Below the pieces are notes generated by a model. The model did not search any database. It was given only the letters and a program-made list of their open reading frames with translations, and had not been told where the DNA came from. A stretch of 62,949 nt of DNA, the filler included, from Octopus bimaculoides (lineage: Eukaryota), in NCBI RefSeq assembly GCF_001194135.2. It is 8 parts of 8 records of this genome, joined end to end, with 100 filler letters (N's around TTAATTAATTAA, not from the genome) between each part and the next. Parts side by side here need not be neighbours in the genome. Positions count along the whole stretch, not along the records: positions 7,403 to 25,643 come from NC_068985.1; 7 more parts are not named here. The stretch is one strand, 5' to 3'. Positions 12,111 through 24,416 of this stretch are shown here, one piece after another; the first letter of the stretch is position 1; each line of letters opens with the position of its first letter. Made by a program: the position numbers and the translations under genes.

Positions 12111-12989
12111 TGTCGTCAAATGCAAATCGTCATAGAAACATTTGGATTTCTTTTTTTGCCATCATGCTCATCGACACATTACCAAAAACCGTTCCAATTC
12201 AAGCATCACAATAGAGCCATGAAAATATAAGGCTCGAGCATTTAATAACGTAACTTCTTGAGCACTTGACTTATTTTTTCCTTATTGTCACATATTAGTC
12301 GTAATATAAGACTTTGTAAGCATTAATGTTTTATCCAGTTTATGTTGCCTGCTATTTTCTGTCTACTCATCAGTAGCAACCAGCTTCTCAAATATATAGG
12401 TTGTATGAAGGCGGCGAGCTGGCAGAAACCTTAGCACGCCAGGCGCAGTGTTTAACGGTATTTCGTCTGCCGCTACGTTCTGAGTACAAATTCCGCCGAG
12501 GTCGACTTTGCCTTTCATCCTTTCGGGGTCGATGAATTAGGTACCAGTTCTGCACTGGGGTCGATGTAATCGACTTAATCCGTTCGTCTGTTCTTGTTTG
12601 TTCCCTCTATGTTTAGCCCCTTGTGGGCAATAACGAAATAGGTATTTCGTCTGCCGCTACGTTCTGAGTACAAATTCCGCCGAAGTCAACTTCGCCTTTC
12701 TCCTTTCAGAGTCGATTAAATAAGTACCAGTTACGCACTGGAGTCAATGTAATTGACTTAGTCCCATTGTCTGTCCTTGTTTGTCCCCTCTATGTTTAGC
12801 CCCTTGTGGGCAATAAAGAATTACATATATAGGTTGTAAGACTCTTTTAGTTCACTCCTATCTTTTTTTTTAACCTGAAGAAGGAGGAGCATGTCCGAAA
12901 CGTTGGTTACTCAACCACCCACGGAAATTTCACTCTACTTTGTCGGTAGAGTACCGTTGCAAGAAAATCATGTAGTATAGAAACATTCC

Positions 12990-13600
12990 TGTCGTGTCCA
13001 TTTGTTCTTTAGTTTTATTTGCAAGACACGAGCATCCTTCAAACACAGTACTGTTCGTCTAATATTTACCCACTCAAGCATCCCTTCATTCCTGCTGATC
13101 AGTGCATTAAGCTATCCTACTATTCTTTCATGGTATCTAAATGTAACATAAGTTGTCCACAATTTAAAGTCATCGACTGCAGAGACCACAAATTTTTGTT
13201 CTGTAGGGTCGACCTAGATAGGATCCATAGGTAAGGCCCCGGATACTGAAAGCTGAATGTGCCTTTTCTGATGCGTCAAGCTTTCGGAGACCGGGTTTGC
13301 AAGTTAGTCTATCGGAAATTGTCGAGTGCAGATTATAAGATTTTGGCCAAACTAAGAGATTGGCACTTGTCGTTAAGCTGGTCAGTGACTTGCACACATG
13401 CGCTATTCCAAATACATATATCTACGACAACGTGCACCTCAGGCGCTGCAACATAGAGAGGTAAGGAACTTGGCATGGGTGTAGACCTGATCAATTTAGA
13501 CCGAAAACTTTTGATAGGTGGATGAATCTGGTGTGGATGGTGTCGGTTTCTAGAGCACCTACGACAACTAGGATTAGTTTTGTGAAATCCCTCCAGAGTC
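12990..13600 (+). mobile_element. L1/Tx1-type LINE ORF2 fragment (APE C-terminus)
   Basis: ISCPQFKVIDCRDHKFLFCRVDLDRIHR*GPGY*KLNVPFL...AFGDRVCKLV. GPGYWKLN is the L1/Tx1 hallmark following the APE SDH-like motif; TGG has mutated to TGA. Confidence 0.75.
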
Positions 13601-14125
13601 GTCATATTTCCCTAACCAAATCCTGATATTTTCTTATTTTCTCCTGTTCTTTGACCTCTACATTCATGTCTGCATATATAGCCACATCTATGAGGATGAA
13701 CTACTTTTCCCCCTTGTCCAGAACGATAATATCTGGCCGCCTTGCATAAAGTTCGTAATCAGTCCGTATATTAAAGTCCATAAGACCTTATACTTGTCAT
13801 TCTCAATTACACTTTCTCGTTGATGCTGGTACCATTTTCTTCCTACTTCAAAATTTTTGCCGTAATATATCTCAGTGTACTGCCATGACCACACTGAGGT
13901 GTCTGCGTCTAAATTCTGTGACAAAGGACAACAGGAATTTGATAAGTGCATAACGGATTATTCTTTCTCATCACATACTCTGCATATTTGGTCGCAATGA
14001 TAGGCTTTAAGCAGCCATTGTGAATCCTTCTGTTTCTCTTTCGAAGTCCCTATTCTTCAGCCACAACGAAGACTCATCTGCTGCAAGGTCTTGCATTTGT
14101 CCGAGATACTGGCTGAGTGGTTCTT
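13600..14125 (-). mobile_element. R4/Dong-clade LINE fragment (zinc knuckle to REL endonuclease)
   Basis: SSLWLKNRDFERETEGFTMAA, WYQHQRESVIENDKYKVLW, PDIIVLDKGK, KEQEKIRKYQDL. Confidence 0.75.
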
Positions 14126-14134
14126 TCACTCTCT

Positions 14135-14162
14135 TATTTGTTGTTGTTGTTGCTGTTGCAGC

Positions 14163-14193
<31 letters not shown>

Positions 14194-14335
14194 CTTCTTC
14201 TTCTTCTTCTTCTTCTTCTTCTTCTTCTTCTTCTTCTTCTTCTTCTTCTTCTTCTTCTTCTTCTTCTCATCATCATCATCATCATTATCATCATCATCAT
14301 CCTCATCATCATCATCATCATCATCATTATCATCT
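14135..14335. repeat. Compound microsatellite (GTT)n(CTT)n(CAT)n
   Basis: Directly visible. Confidence 0.95.
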
Positions 14336-14337
14336 AA

Positions 14338-14668
14338 AGGTCCCTGAATAATGTTTGTTTAAGGATGTTGAGCAAAACACCCATGTTTCCAAAGGTGAAT
14401 TATTCAAACCCCAAAGAACTCCTCTCAACACATGGCTATGATGCTCCCCCACTACTTCTGCTCGTGATCAGAGATGCACATATCGTCAGCCACCAAGGGA
14501 CATGCTCAACTGGTTAGGGTCAAACAACTGACAAGCAAATCTGTGGTATTAAGCAGAATATTTGCTGTAGCCCATCTTTTTATACCAAGACAAAACAATG
14601 TACATGATAAGACTTCCAATCAATTAAGATCGGAAGCCATGAGCCACTGCCTGGTACTGCATCCGGGC

Positions 14669-14671
<3 letters not shown>
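14338..14671 (-). repeat. Half copy of family E element
   Basis: Runs from AAGGTCCCTGAATAA to GCATCCGGGCATTT and then into an (ATT)n tract. Confidence 0.85.
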
Positions 14672-14740
<69 letters not shown>

Positions 14741-14984
14741 GGCGGCGAGCTGGCAGAATTGTTAGCATGCCAGGCGAAATGCTTAGCGGTAGTTCGTCTG
14801 CCGCTACATTCTGAGCTCAAATTCCGCCGTGGTCGATTTTGCCTTTCATCCTTTCGAAGTCGATAAATTAAGTACCAGTTCAGTACTGGGGTCGATGTAA
14901 TCGACTATCCTCTTCCCTCCAATTTTAGGCATTTCGTAGTAGAAAGGATTATAATTATTATTATCATTATTATCCTGAAAGACT

Positions 14985-16890
14985 CAGGGATAGTTCTTAA
15001 TTACCGGCTATTCATTGCTTGAAAGCAGGCAATAATCAAATCACCAAAGGCTTCAAGTAGCGCCTTCTGCTGTGACTCAAAGAGACGCAATATTCTCCTT
15101 AGAATGCAATCTGTACCCAACAATGCTGTCTTCTGGATCACCTCAAGCCTGTCAGCAGCTCCAACATTCTTAATATGTTTTTCAAAGCCTTTGGAAACTG
15201 CTCCTAATGCTCCAATTACTACTGGTATCACCATTAATTTCCTTATACCTCATAACGTTCCTATCTCGGCCCGTAGTGGCCGGTATTTCTCAATCTTTTC
15301 TATTTCCTTACAATTCACGCTCGAATCGCCTGGTATTGCAACATCCATTATCTTTACTTCCTTTTCATCTTTATGGATGAGAACGATATCTGGTCGTCTT
15401 GCCTCTATGACTTGGTCGCGCTGCATGTAAAATCCCAGAGTATCTTGTAATGTTCGTTTTCCATTACTCGCTCTGTCTTGTGTTCATACCATTTTTCGGC
15501 TCTCTCGTGGTTTGCTTGACCGCACAACAGCCAGTGGACATATCTGACCACATTGTCGTGTCTCCTTTTGTATTCCCGTTGTGCGAGCTTACAACACTCA
15601 CAAACAATATGGCTTATACCTTCTCCCTTCCCAGAGCACATCCTACACTGTGGCGAGTCAATGCTTTTATCAATGTCATATTTGGAGTAGTTTGTTCTGA
15701 GAGCTTGTTCTTGAATGCTGTACACTAATGCCTCAGTGGGCCCTTTTAAATCTCCTTTCTGCAGCCCTTGCCAGGTTCTATTCCAATCAATCTCATCGTT
15801 ATTCTTCAAGAACTGACTGGGCATTTTCTTGTCCTGCCAAATTTTCTTCATCTGCTCTCTCTGGTCTTTCCTAAATTGTGTTGGATTTACGGCTTGGTTC
15901 ACTTTTTAGATTCCCTGCATTTCCACTGCTTCAGTCATTTCTTCTTTACTCTCCCGACATACCAAGTCAATCTATTCTCCACTCCTCTTATACAACCTTC
16001 ACAGCACACCAATCCCCGTCCTCCTTCTTTCCTCTTCACATACAATCACGACACATCACTCTTGGGGTGTAGTTCCTTGTCATTAATTTATGTGCTCTGT
16101 CTATCTCTTGTAATTCATGCTTCTTCCAACATACTATTCCTGACCCATGTCTCATCAAAGTAACCGCCTACCTGTTAATTGCTTTAATATCATAGTAGCC
16201 ATTGTTAGCTTTGATTGGAGCGCAAGCCGAGTTCTCCTCACTCAAATACTTTTACCTGTACATTTCTTTCATCTTGTGTTCATTCATCTTATCTCTTTCA
16301 ATGATACCCAGGTACTTATATCCTTCCGCTCCAACTTCCTTTATAATTTCACCACTTTCCAGCTTGATCCCATGGCTTTTACTAATTTTCCTCCTTTTGA
16401 GAATCATTATACCACATTTCTCGATCCCAAATTCCATAACAATACCTTGGCTAATCTCAGTTGCCGCGAAACTCTCAATTTCTTTCTCAGTCTTAGCGAA
16501 TAGCTTTAGGTCATACATAAACCACAGGTCTTTTACGTTCACCCTGCCTAGCATGTACCCCCCCCCCACACACACACACACATCTTTCTTAGAATGCTTG
16601 GTAGTGGTAGTATGCAGACAACAAATAGGAGAGGCGACAAACTGTCCCCTTGAAAGATTCCTCTTTTGATATTTACCTCTCCCAGCTTATCTCCCTTTAC
16701 TGTGAGTTCAGTTCGCCACGTTGTCATTGAGTTTTGTATTAACATCAGGATATTGTGGGAGAAACTTAAGCAGTTTAAGGCATTCAATAATCCACGAGTA
16801 TGGGACCATGTCATCAGCTTTCTTATAATCCGCCCAAGCCATCGTCAAATTTTTGTGTCAGTCCCGATACTACCAGTGATATCATTATTG
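14985..16890 (-). mobile_element. R4/Dong-clade non-LTR retrotransposon, 5'-truncated, degraded
   Basis: RT motifs AWADYKKADDMVPH, RGIFQGDSLSPLLFV, FMYDLKLFAK, FGIEKC, YKYLGI; CCHC CRMCSGKGEGISHIVCEC; REL RRPDIV...DVAIPGD...EKIEKY; C-terminal IQKTALLGT..ILRRIL. A (C)n(CA)n insert interrupts the RT at ~16556-16582. Confidence 0.9.
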
Positions 16891-18817
16891 GGAATTTTTT
16901 GTATTATTTCGTATTTTTTGTAAATACCCCAAACGTTTTGCGATGTTTTTTTTTTCATCGTTGTCCCCACTTTTGTTTTTTTTTCTGCTTTGTTTTCGAC
17001 CCCCTCGAAAAGAAAAACTCTACATTTGTATTTTGTCCCCTCTGTGTTGAGCCCTGTGTGGCTAATAAAGAAACCTATCTTCCTGAGCCATTCATTGAGT
17101 TTCTTTTTGTCTACTTATTGAGAGCTGGCAGAATCGTTAGCGCGCTGGACGAAATGCTTAGTAGTATTTCGTCCGTCGCTACCTTCTGAGTTCAAATTCC
17201 ACCGAGGTCGATTTTGCCTTTCATCCTTTTGGGGTCGATAAAATAACTACATGTTGAACACTAGAGTCGATGTAATCGACTCCTCCCTTTCTTCCCCAAA
17301 GCGGCGAGCTGGCAGAATCATTAGTACACCGGACATGATGCTTAGCGGCATTTCGTCCGTCGCTACGTTCTGCGCTCAAATTCCGCCGATGTCGACTTTG
17401 CCTTCCACCCTTTCAGGGTCGATAAGTTAGTTACCAGTAAAACACTGGCGTCGATGTAAATCGACTTAACCACTCCCTAAAACCATTATTATCTGTTCAT
17501 GTGGCATGTTATTTAAAGTTTCTTCTAAAACTTATAATTTAATTTACATATTTCAAAATCCCATTTCTTGATGTAGTTGCTCTAACGTTCTATAGGTTAA
17601 ACTGTTTTATATCGGTAACATATTTGTGATGATTTGTTGCATTCGATTAGAAATTTTTCTCCAGGTCTTACACTACTGTTTTGTGGCGCAAGTGTGAGAT
17701 AGATATAACAATAAAATGATTCAGAGATGTTATCTAAATTAAAACAATAGTTTACGTGGTATTAGCATATTTATTGTATACAGGAGTAAACGACTAAGCC
17801 ATGTGAATAATACGCTATTTTTATTATTTTGTTTTTGCCAGCATATCGTTTCTAGTTAACAGGTTTAGTTGGTGTCGCTTTTAAAGAACTGATGGAACTA
17901 AAAATATTTCTAATTTCTATGTCAGTATATGGTCTCCAGCTCAAAGAAGGACTTGTGGCTTTTAAGGAAGAGTTGTGTTGTTATAGCAGCAAGAAACATA
18001 TCCGAAAAACTCACTTTGAATGTTGGATGTACATATAAAATATATTTTAAATAAATTGTATTAATTTTGGTACGTTTACAACTTAAAGGAAGTTTTGTAA
18101 TGACCAATTAATTGTAGCATCTCAACAATGAAACACAACAGTTGAGATTGCATAGGCTCAGAATCCTAATTTATATCTGCAAGAATTATAACTACCTACA
18201 AAATATTTGGCGAGTTCCAGGCTTTTTCGGTTGTCTGATCAATGTCTAGTTTTATCATAATAGTTACAAATATTTATCGTGCTTTATTATCATAAATTAT
18301 TAATACTATTTCTAATTAATAGTGTTCGGGAGCTTATCTAATTAACACTGTTGCATTAACAATTCAGATGTTTACATGCATTTTGTTCTCTAATAATGAA
18401 GCTGTGTAATAATAATTAAAATAAAGATAACATTTATTATCTATAAGATTCCAGCTGTTAAGTTGTTAGCAATACGTTTCGGTTTTATTATTTTACAATT
18501 TATAAAACGACTCAATGCAATATCAGACAGAATAGTTTTATTCATAAAGGAAGAAAAAATACAATTACTCTGAATTTGATTATAAATGATAAAAAATTAA
18601 ATTTAAAGAAGTGCGATATAGCAATTTATTAGATGTATAAGTTTGCTTACATTAATTAGAGTGAAACATAGTGGTGGTTTAATACGGTTGTTAGTATCTA
18701 TTCTTGATTGAATGTAGATTTTGTTTCCTTCGAGTTCTTTTATAATCAAAATATATGAAACGAGGGAAATTGAAATCTATGCTCTTCATTTTATTGGGCA
18801 TTTTTGACTCCGGCTTT

Positions 18818-20312
18818 CTAACAACAATGATTTGTTTTTTTGATTAAACGCGTAATTGCCATGGTTTTCATTGAACATCTATCAACTTTTCCATTTCCTA
18901 GTTTAGAAAATTTGTTAAACTCTAGAAAATAATCTGGAGTAGATGATATGATGTCAAAGTTATTTGGCTCAGGCATATTTTCTTGGCAGAATTGAAAAAT
19001 GGATTTCTCATCAAATTTTTTTCCGTTTTTCATAATGACACAAGCACAAATTTTCATTCCGTGTACTTCATCTGGAATCGGGACAACGACGACATCGTCT
19101 ACATCTGGAAAACTTGATACATGTTGCTCAACAAATCTAGTTGATACTTTTCTAGCTGACTTCGTAATGTAGTCAACGTCTCTGCCGCACAAAATCAGTT
19201 CCTTATTCTCAGTCATTTTACAAATATCTCGTGTCTTAAACCATCCTTTGTCTTGAATTGATTCTCCGTCAGCATTCACTTTTGAGCACCATACAGCTCG
19301 CACACATAAATAACCTTCTTCGCCGATATCGACAATTGTGTTATTATCATCCACAATTTTTACTTCCACATCTGGAAATGGTCGACCAATTATTCCAGGA
19401 ACATAACTATCAACGTTGGCTTTCGTGAAGCTCTTATGACCAATTATTAGAGTTTCAGCGGCGGCCATATGTTGATCGATTAATGCTGACCAAGATAAAC
19501 CATGCTTCACATTATCTAAGGATGTTATGTCACCTGATATCATAACGAAATCCATCATAGTTTTATTTTCTGGACAGAAATGTAAATCTGATGGAAGTAA
19601 GGCCATCTTTTTACATCCCTCTTTTGCCAAGATTCCTTTCAGTTTGGTGAAGTCTTTTGGGGCATTTAGGCTACACATATCTGCAGAGATATATTTCAGC
19701 CCAGTTGCTATAAATGAGAGAGGGTATGCACCACCAAAACCAAAATAACGTTCATTGAAAAATGTATCATTTTCAGTTAAATCAAGTTCTTTACAATAAA
19801 CCTCTGAAGCATTAATGATATCAAAGCTGCTATGAGTAACCCGCTTAGGTTTTCCTGTTGTTCCAGATGTTTGAAGAATTATAGTGATATCTTCGGCCTC
19901 CATCAAAGGAAGGGTTACACTTTTATCTTCCTTTACCAGTTCTAACATCGCTTGAAGACTTAGACCTTTAATTGGTGATTTTGTTTTCGAAACATTAATG
20001 GCCAAACGCAGTTTTGGGAAAGTTTCACTAACTACTGTACCGTCTTCTGAAATCTTTGCCTCTTTGTGTAATAAATTATAAAATGTTGGGTCTGAGTCAA
20101 AAATTATTGCCACACAATCTTCTAGCATGGGTAAGAAATCAGCTTGTCCGGCCCAGAGTCTCACCGAACATCCTCCTGCCATCATAATACCACTGTCATA
20201 TACCATCCACTCAACACAGTTCGATACACAGAGGGCAATTCGATCACCTTTCTTGATTCCTTGCTTGACAAGGGCTTTAGCAAACTGCTCTGTTCCATCA
20301 TAGAGTTGTTTT
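18818..20312 (-). CDS. Acyl-CoA synthetase (ACSF2-like), coding exon 2 (1495 nt, uninterrupted)
   Basis: Acceptor TTACAG|A at 20312 is phase-compatible with exon 1 and gives ...TSITRKQLYDGTEQFAKALVKQGIKKGDRIALCVSNCVEWMVYD.... It contains the AMP-binding signature ILQTSGTTGKPKRV, GWFKTRDI, LILCGR and the A10 lysine in KLGNGKVDR. Stop TAG at 18820-18818; AATAAA at 18795-18790. Total 546 aa. Confidence 0.93.
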
Positions 20313-21012
20313 CTGTAAGTGAAAATATATAGATAGTTAAATGTATGTTTGCATGTATGTAATTGTTCAGTTTCATTTCAAGATTTCTTGCCAATAGAGA
20401 AAGAGCCGGTTTCTAACCTAGAATCAAGGCTCCTTCGTTGGAATTTCAACATCAGCAACAGGGTATATTTGTTTGTTTGTTTGTGTGTATGTATGTTTTA
20501 CTCTATGTATGTATTCTCATGCATATAGTTGCATATCTAGACATGGTATGTATGTATATTTGTATGTATGTATGTATGTATGTATGCATGTATGTATGTA
20601 TGCATGTATGTATGCATGTATGTATGTATGCATGTATGTATGCATGTATGGAGAGAATTCCTTTTCTCAGGAACAGTTCGTTGTATTGGTGTGCAGTCAA
20701 CGGTGCTGGAGACAACATAGAAATTACATCTATAGTTGAGAAAAAGTTAGGTGACATAGAGCACTAGCAGCGGTCGGAATAACTGATAAGAAGTATCTCT
20801 ATCATAATGAATCATGCCGAATATCAAAATACCGACATCATGGCTGCGGCTCAATGTTCTGTGAACAATGTAAAGGCTGTAAGACGTGACATAAACGGTT
20901 GCAACGGAGATTACGCAGTGTCTTGCTCAAGGACACAACACGTCACTGAGGATATTGAACTTACGACCTTTCAATCGTGAGCCGAATGCACTAACCACTA
21001 CGTTACGCGCTC

Positions 21013-21063
<51 letters not shown>

Positions 21064-21205
21064 AGTGTGTGAACAAACGAAAGAAAGAAGCACTCAACAC
21101 ATGTAGTAGAGTAATATATATTATTATAGGTTTCAGTGACGACCCTACGAAACTTTAAGATGCATGAGACCGAATCGAATTGTTTTGAATAATAATGACG
21201 ATGGT

Positions 21206-21240
<35 letters not shown>

Positions 21241-21290
21241 CGATAATAATAATAANNNNNNNNNNAACAACAACAACAACAACAACAACG

Positions 21291-21340
<50 letters not shown>

Positions 21341-21348
21341 TATAATAT

Positions 21349-22135
21349 CAGGGACCGTTTGAGCGGGAGGGGCTACTCGACCTGAAGAAAATCCTAACTG
21401 GGCCCCACCAAGGTCATGCACTGTGAATCTTGATATGAGATCACCATTTCACGCACATATGGTTGATATGAATGTGCCTGGTGTACTCTTATCAGATGGG
21501 TAGTTACGATGGGTATAGTGGGCTTCGTATATTTTACCCCCGTGTCCCTTTGATGGCATGCATTGCTCTCTCATAATGATATTAATGATAATAAAAATAA
21601 ATACCCTGATGTAGTACCAGGCTGTGGCTCTCATATCTTTTCATTTTAACGGATTGGAAGTGTCATTATGTACATGTTTTGTCTTGGTATAAAAGATGGT
21701 CTACAGTAAATATTTTGCTCGGTACCACGGATTTGCTTGTCAGTTGTTTGACTTTAACCAGTTGATCATGTCCGCTGGTGGCTGACGATATGTGCATCTC
21801 TGATCACGAGCAGAAGTAGTGGTGGAGCATCAATAGCCATGTGTTGAGAGGAATTCTTTGGGGTTTGAAAAATTTTTCTTCTGGATACATGGGTGTTTTG
21901 TTCATCATCCTTAAAACAAACCTTATTCAGAGAACTAACTAGGCCCCATCTGCAAGGCCACGCGCTGTTGATCTTGATATGAGATCATCATGTCGCGCTC
22001 ATATGATTGTGATGAATGTGCGCACTGTAGCCTTATCAGACGTGTAGTCATGATGGGTATTCTGGGCTTCGTATATTTTACCTCAGTGTCACTTTGATGG
22101 CATGCGCTGCTCTCTCACTCAATAATAATAATAAT
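21349..22135 (+). repeat. Head-to-tail 1.4-mer of family E element between (AAT)n tracts
   Basis: Half unit 21349-21575, AT-rich spacer, near-full unit 21601-22120 with a ~40-bp internal deletion, then (AAT)n. Lies in the ACS intron. Confidence 0.85.
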
Positions 22136-22357
22136 AATAATCCTTTCTAATATAGGTACAAAGCCTGAAATTTGGGTGAGGGGATAAATCGATCACAGTA
22201 CTCTACTGGTGCTTATTTTTAACGATCTAGAAAAGATGAAAGGCAAAGTCAACATCGGCAGAATTTGAACTCAGAACATGGCGACAGACGAAATACCACT
22301 AAGCATTTTGCCTGGCGTGCTAACGATTCTGCCTGCTCACTGCCTTAATAATAATAA

Positions 22358-22431
<74 letters not shown>

Positions 22432-22791
22432 ATCATAATAATAATAATAATAATAAAAATAATCATTATTATTATTATTATTACTATTATTATCATTATA
22501 TGTGTGTGCGTTTGCGTGTGCGTGTGTGTGTGTGTGAGTGTCTTTGTATCTGTGCTTGTTCACAACCATTCCTTGACAACCGATGCCGGTGTGCTTATGT
22601 TCCCGTAACCTAGCGGTTTGGCAAAAGAGTCGATAGAATAAGTACCAGGCTCGAAAGAAAAGTATTGGGGGGTCGATTCATTTGACTGATAACTCTTCAA
22701 GACGACGGTCCAGTATGGTTGCACTCTAATGACTGAAGATATTAAAAGATTAAACGATTTAAAAAATAATAGCGAAAATAGTAGCACATAC

Positions 22792-22937
22792 CGTGTTATA
22801 GAGGTTCGTTGGAGATTCTTGTCATAGTAAACAATCGCCTCTTTGTTTGGGTTAGCTTTGGCGAATTTACATAATCTACCAGGAATAGTGTCATTGGTCA
22901 TAGGACGATTACTGGTTCTGTGAATATAACTTGCCAT
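22792..22937 (-). CDS. Acyl-CoA synthetase (ANL/AMP-binding superfamily, ACSF2-like), coding exon 1
   Basis: ATG at 22937 in AAAATGG context. Encodes MASYIHRTSNRPMTNDTIPGRLCKFAKANPNKEAIVYYDKNLQRTSIT(R), resembling the ACSF2-type N-terminus. Ends at donor ACACG|GTATGT (phase 2). A strong acceptor (TTTCTCTTTTCAG) lies at 22989-22991, so the exon begins at 22988 and a non-coding exon should lie upstream. Confidence 0.9.
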
Positions 22938-23135
22938 TTTATTCAATACTTGATAATTCGCTGTTCAGATTATATTCTTCAGAAGTTTCTGAAAAGAGAA
23001 AGACAGTAAAAGTCATTGATAATTTAATAAAAACAATAATTTTTTGTTGGATTTGAAAGGGAGAAGGATAGTGAGAAAGAGAAGGGAGAAGGGACAGAGA
23101 AAATTGTAGAAAAATGATGGGGAAGAGAATGAATA

Positions 23136-23190
<55 letters not shown>

Positions 23191-24362
23191 AGCTGGAGGA
23201 GTTAAGTGTCGCTTTTTGTTCAGCGCGATTGTAGCTGTCTGATAAAAGTAAACTGAGTCTTTCTAAGTCTTTGATATTTGTGGTAAAGACAGAGAGCTAA
23301 AAGTAAATGATATACGCAAAAATATCACATATAAACTCGTAGTAGACCCGTTTAATGGTTAAATAGTGGATAGACTGCAATACAGTCTTGTGTACGGAAA
23401 TACTAAAAAAAAAGCGATGATATTCAAAGTGTTGGAGATCGAAAATGGAATTAGTGAAATACAAACAATAATCATCATCGCCGTTGCCGTCATCATCATC
23501 ATCATTATCATCGACAAAAACTGACGAGCCAGAAAACTGCACCAAGCTCCCACGACAGCTTGTGTTTCTACAGTAGGATGCACTTCCTAACAGCGACTAT
23601 TTCATTGGTTGTACCTGATGCTTTCTCTCCGTGCCACAAGCATCACTGATGTCATCAATTACTCGAAAGATAAGACCCCCCTCAATTGATTTGCAAGACA
23701 GTAGTTAAAGAGTGACGGTGAGTAACCGCTGCCGCTCAGCTGGACGGCCTGGAAACAATGTTGTTCTATAGAAGGATTCCGCATAACTCCTCAGTTTGTG
23801 CAACCTTTACTCTTATGTAGGACTCCGTGGTGTTGTTTTGCATTTATAATATAGATATATATATATAAATTATAAAAATGATAAAAAAATATACAGTACA
23901 GTACTGTTTCTACTTCTGGGATTTTCATCTATCGTGGGTGTTTTGGAAAGTAACACCTGCGATAGTCGAAGGGTTAGTGTATAGGAATGAAAAAAGGGGG
24001 AAAACAAAATATTGTATTCATACATTCATTGACGAGACAAGGCTAACCGGAAATACATAGAAGATAAGCCGGAATAGTACATCATTCATGACTTGTCGTT
24101 TGATCGAGATTAATAATTTTATACCAACTCGATGTGTGAATGTAAATAAACATTGATGTCTTCAGATCTCACACAATGCATCAGAGTCATAAATAGATTG
24201 TATTTAATTGTGAGCACAATGGTAGGATGAAATTATAGTATAGTTGATTATTGATACGTAAATTGTTCTGCAAATATATACATATAAGTGTATGTAGAGG
24301 GACGTATACACACACATGCACACAAGCACACATACACACATATATACATATACATACATATA

Positions 24363-24416
<54 letters not shown>

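Noticed and set aside
12340-12382. Hammerhead-like TGCTA-CTGATGA-GTAGACA-GAAA-A-TAGCA (minus strand)
   Set aside because: No room for stem III or an NUH cleavage triplet between GAAA and stem I.
13170-13605. Minus-strand ORFs as a separate protein
   Set aside because: They are antisense to the plus-strand L1/Tx1 remnant, which carries the recognisable GPGY(W)KLN motif.
18821-18826. C-terminal Cys-Cys as a prenylation signal
   Set aside because: CC geranylgeranylation requires a Rab fold recognised by REP, and this is not a CaaX box; there is no further support.
19229-19231. A-to-I editing rescuing the TRD motif to TGD
   Set aside because: The codon is CGA; A-to-G editing gives CGG (still Arg). 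Only AGA could be edited to GGA.
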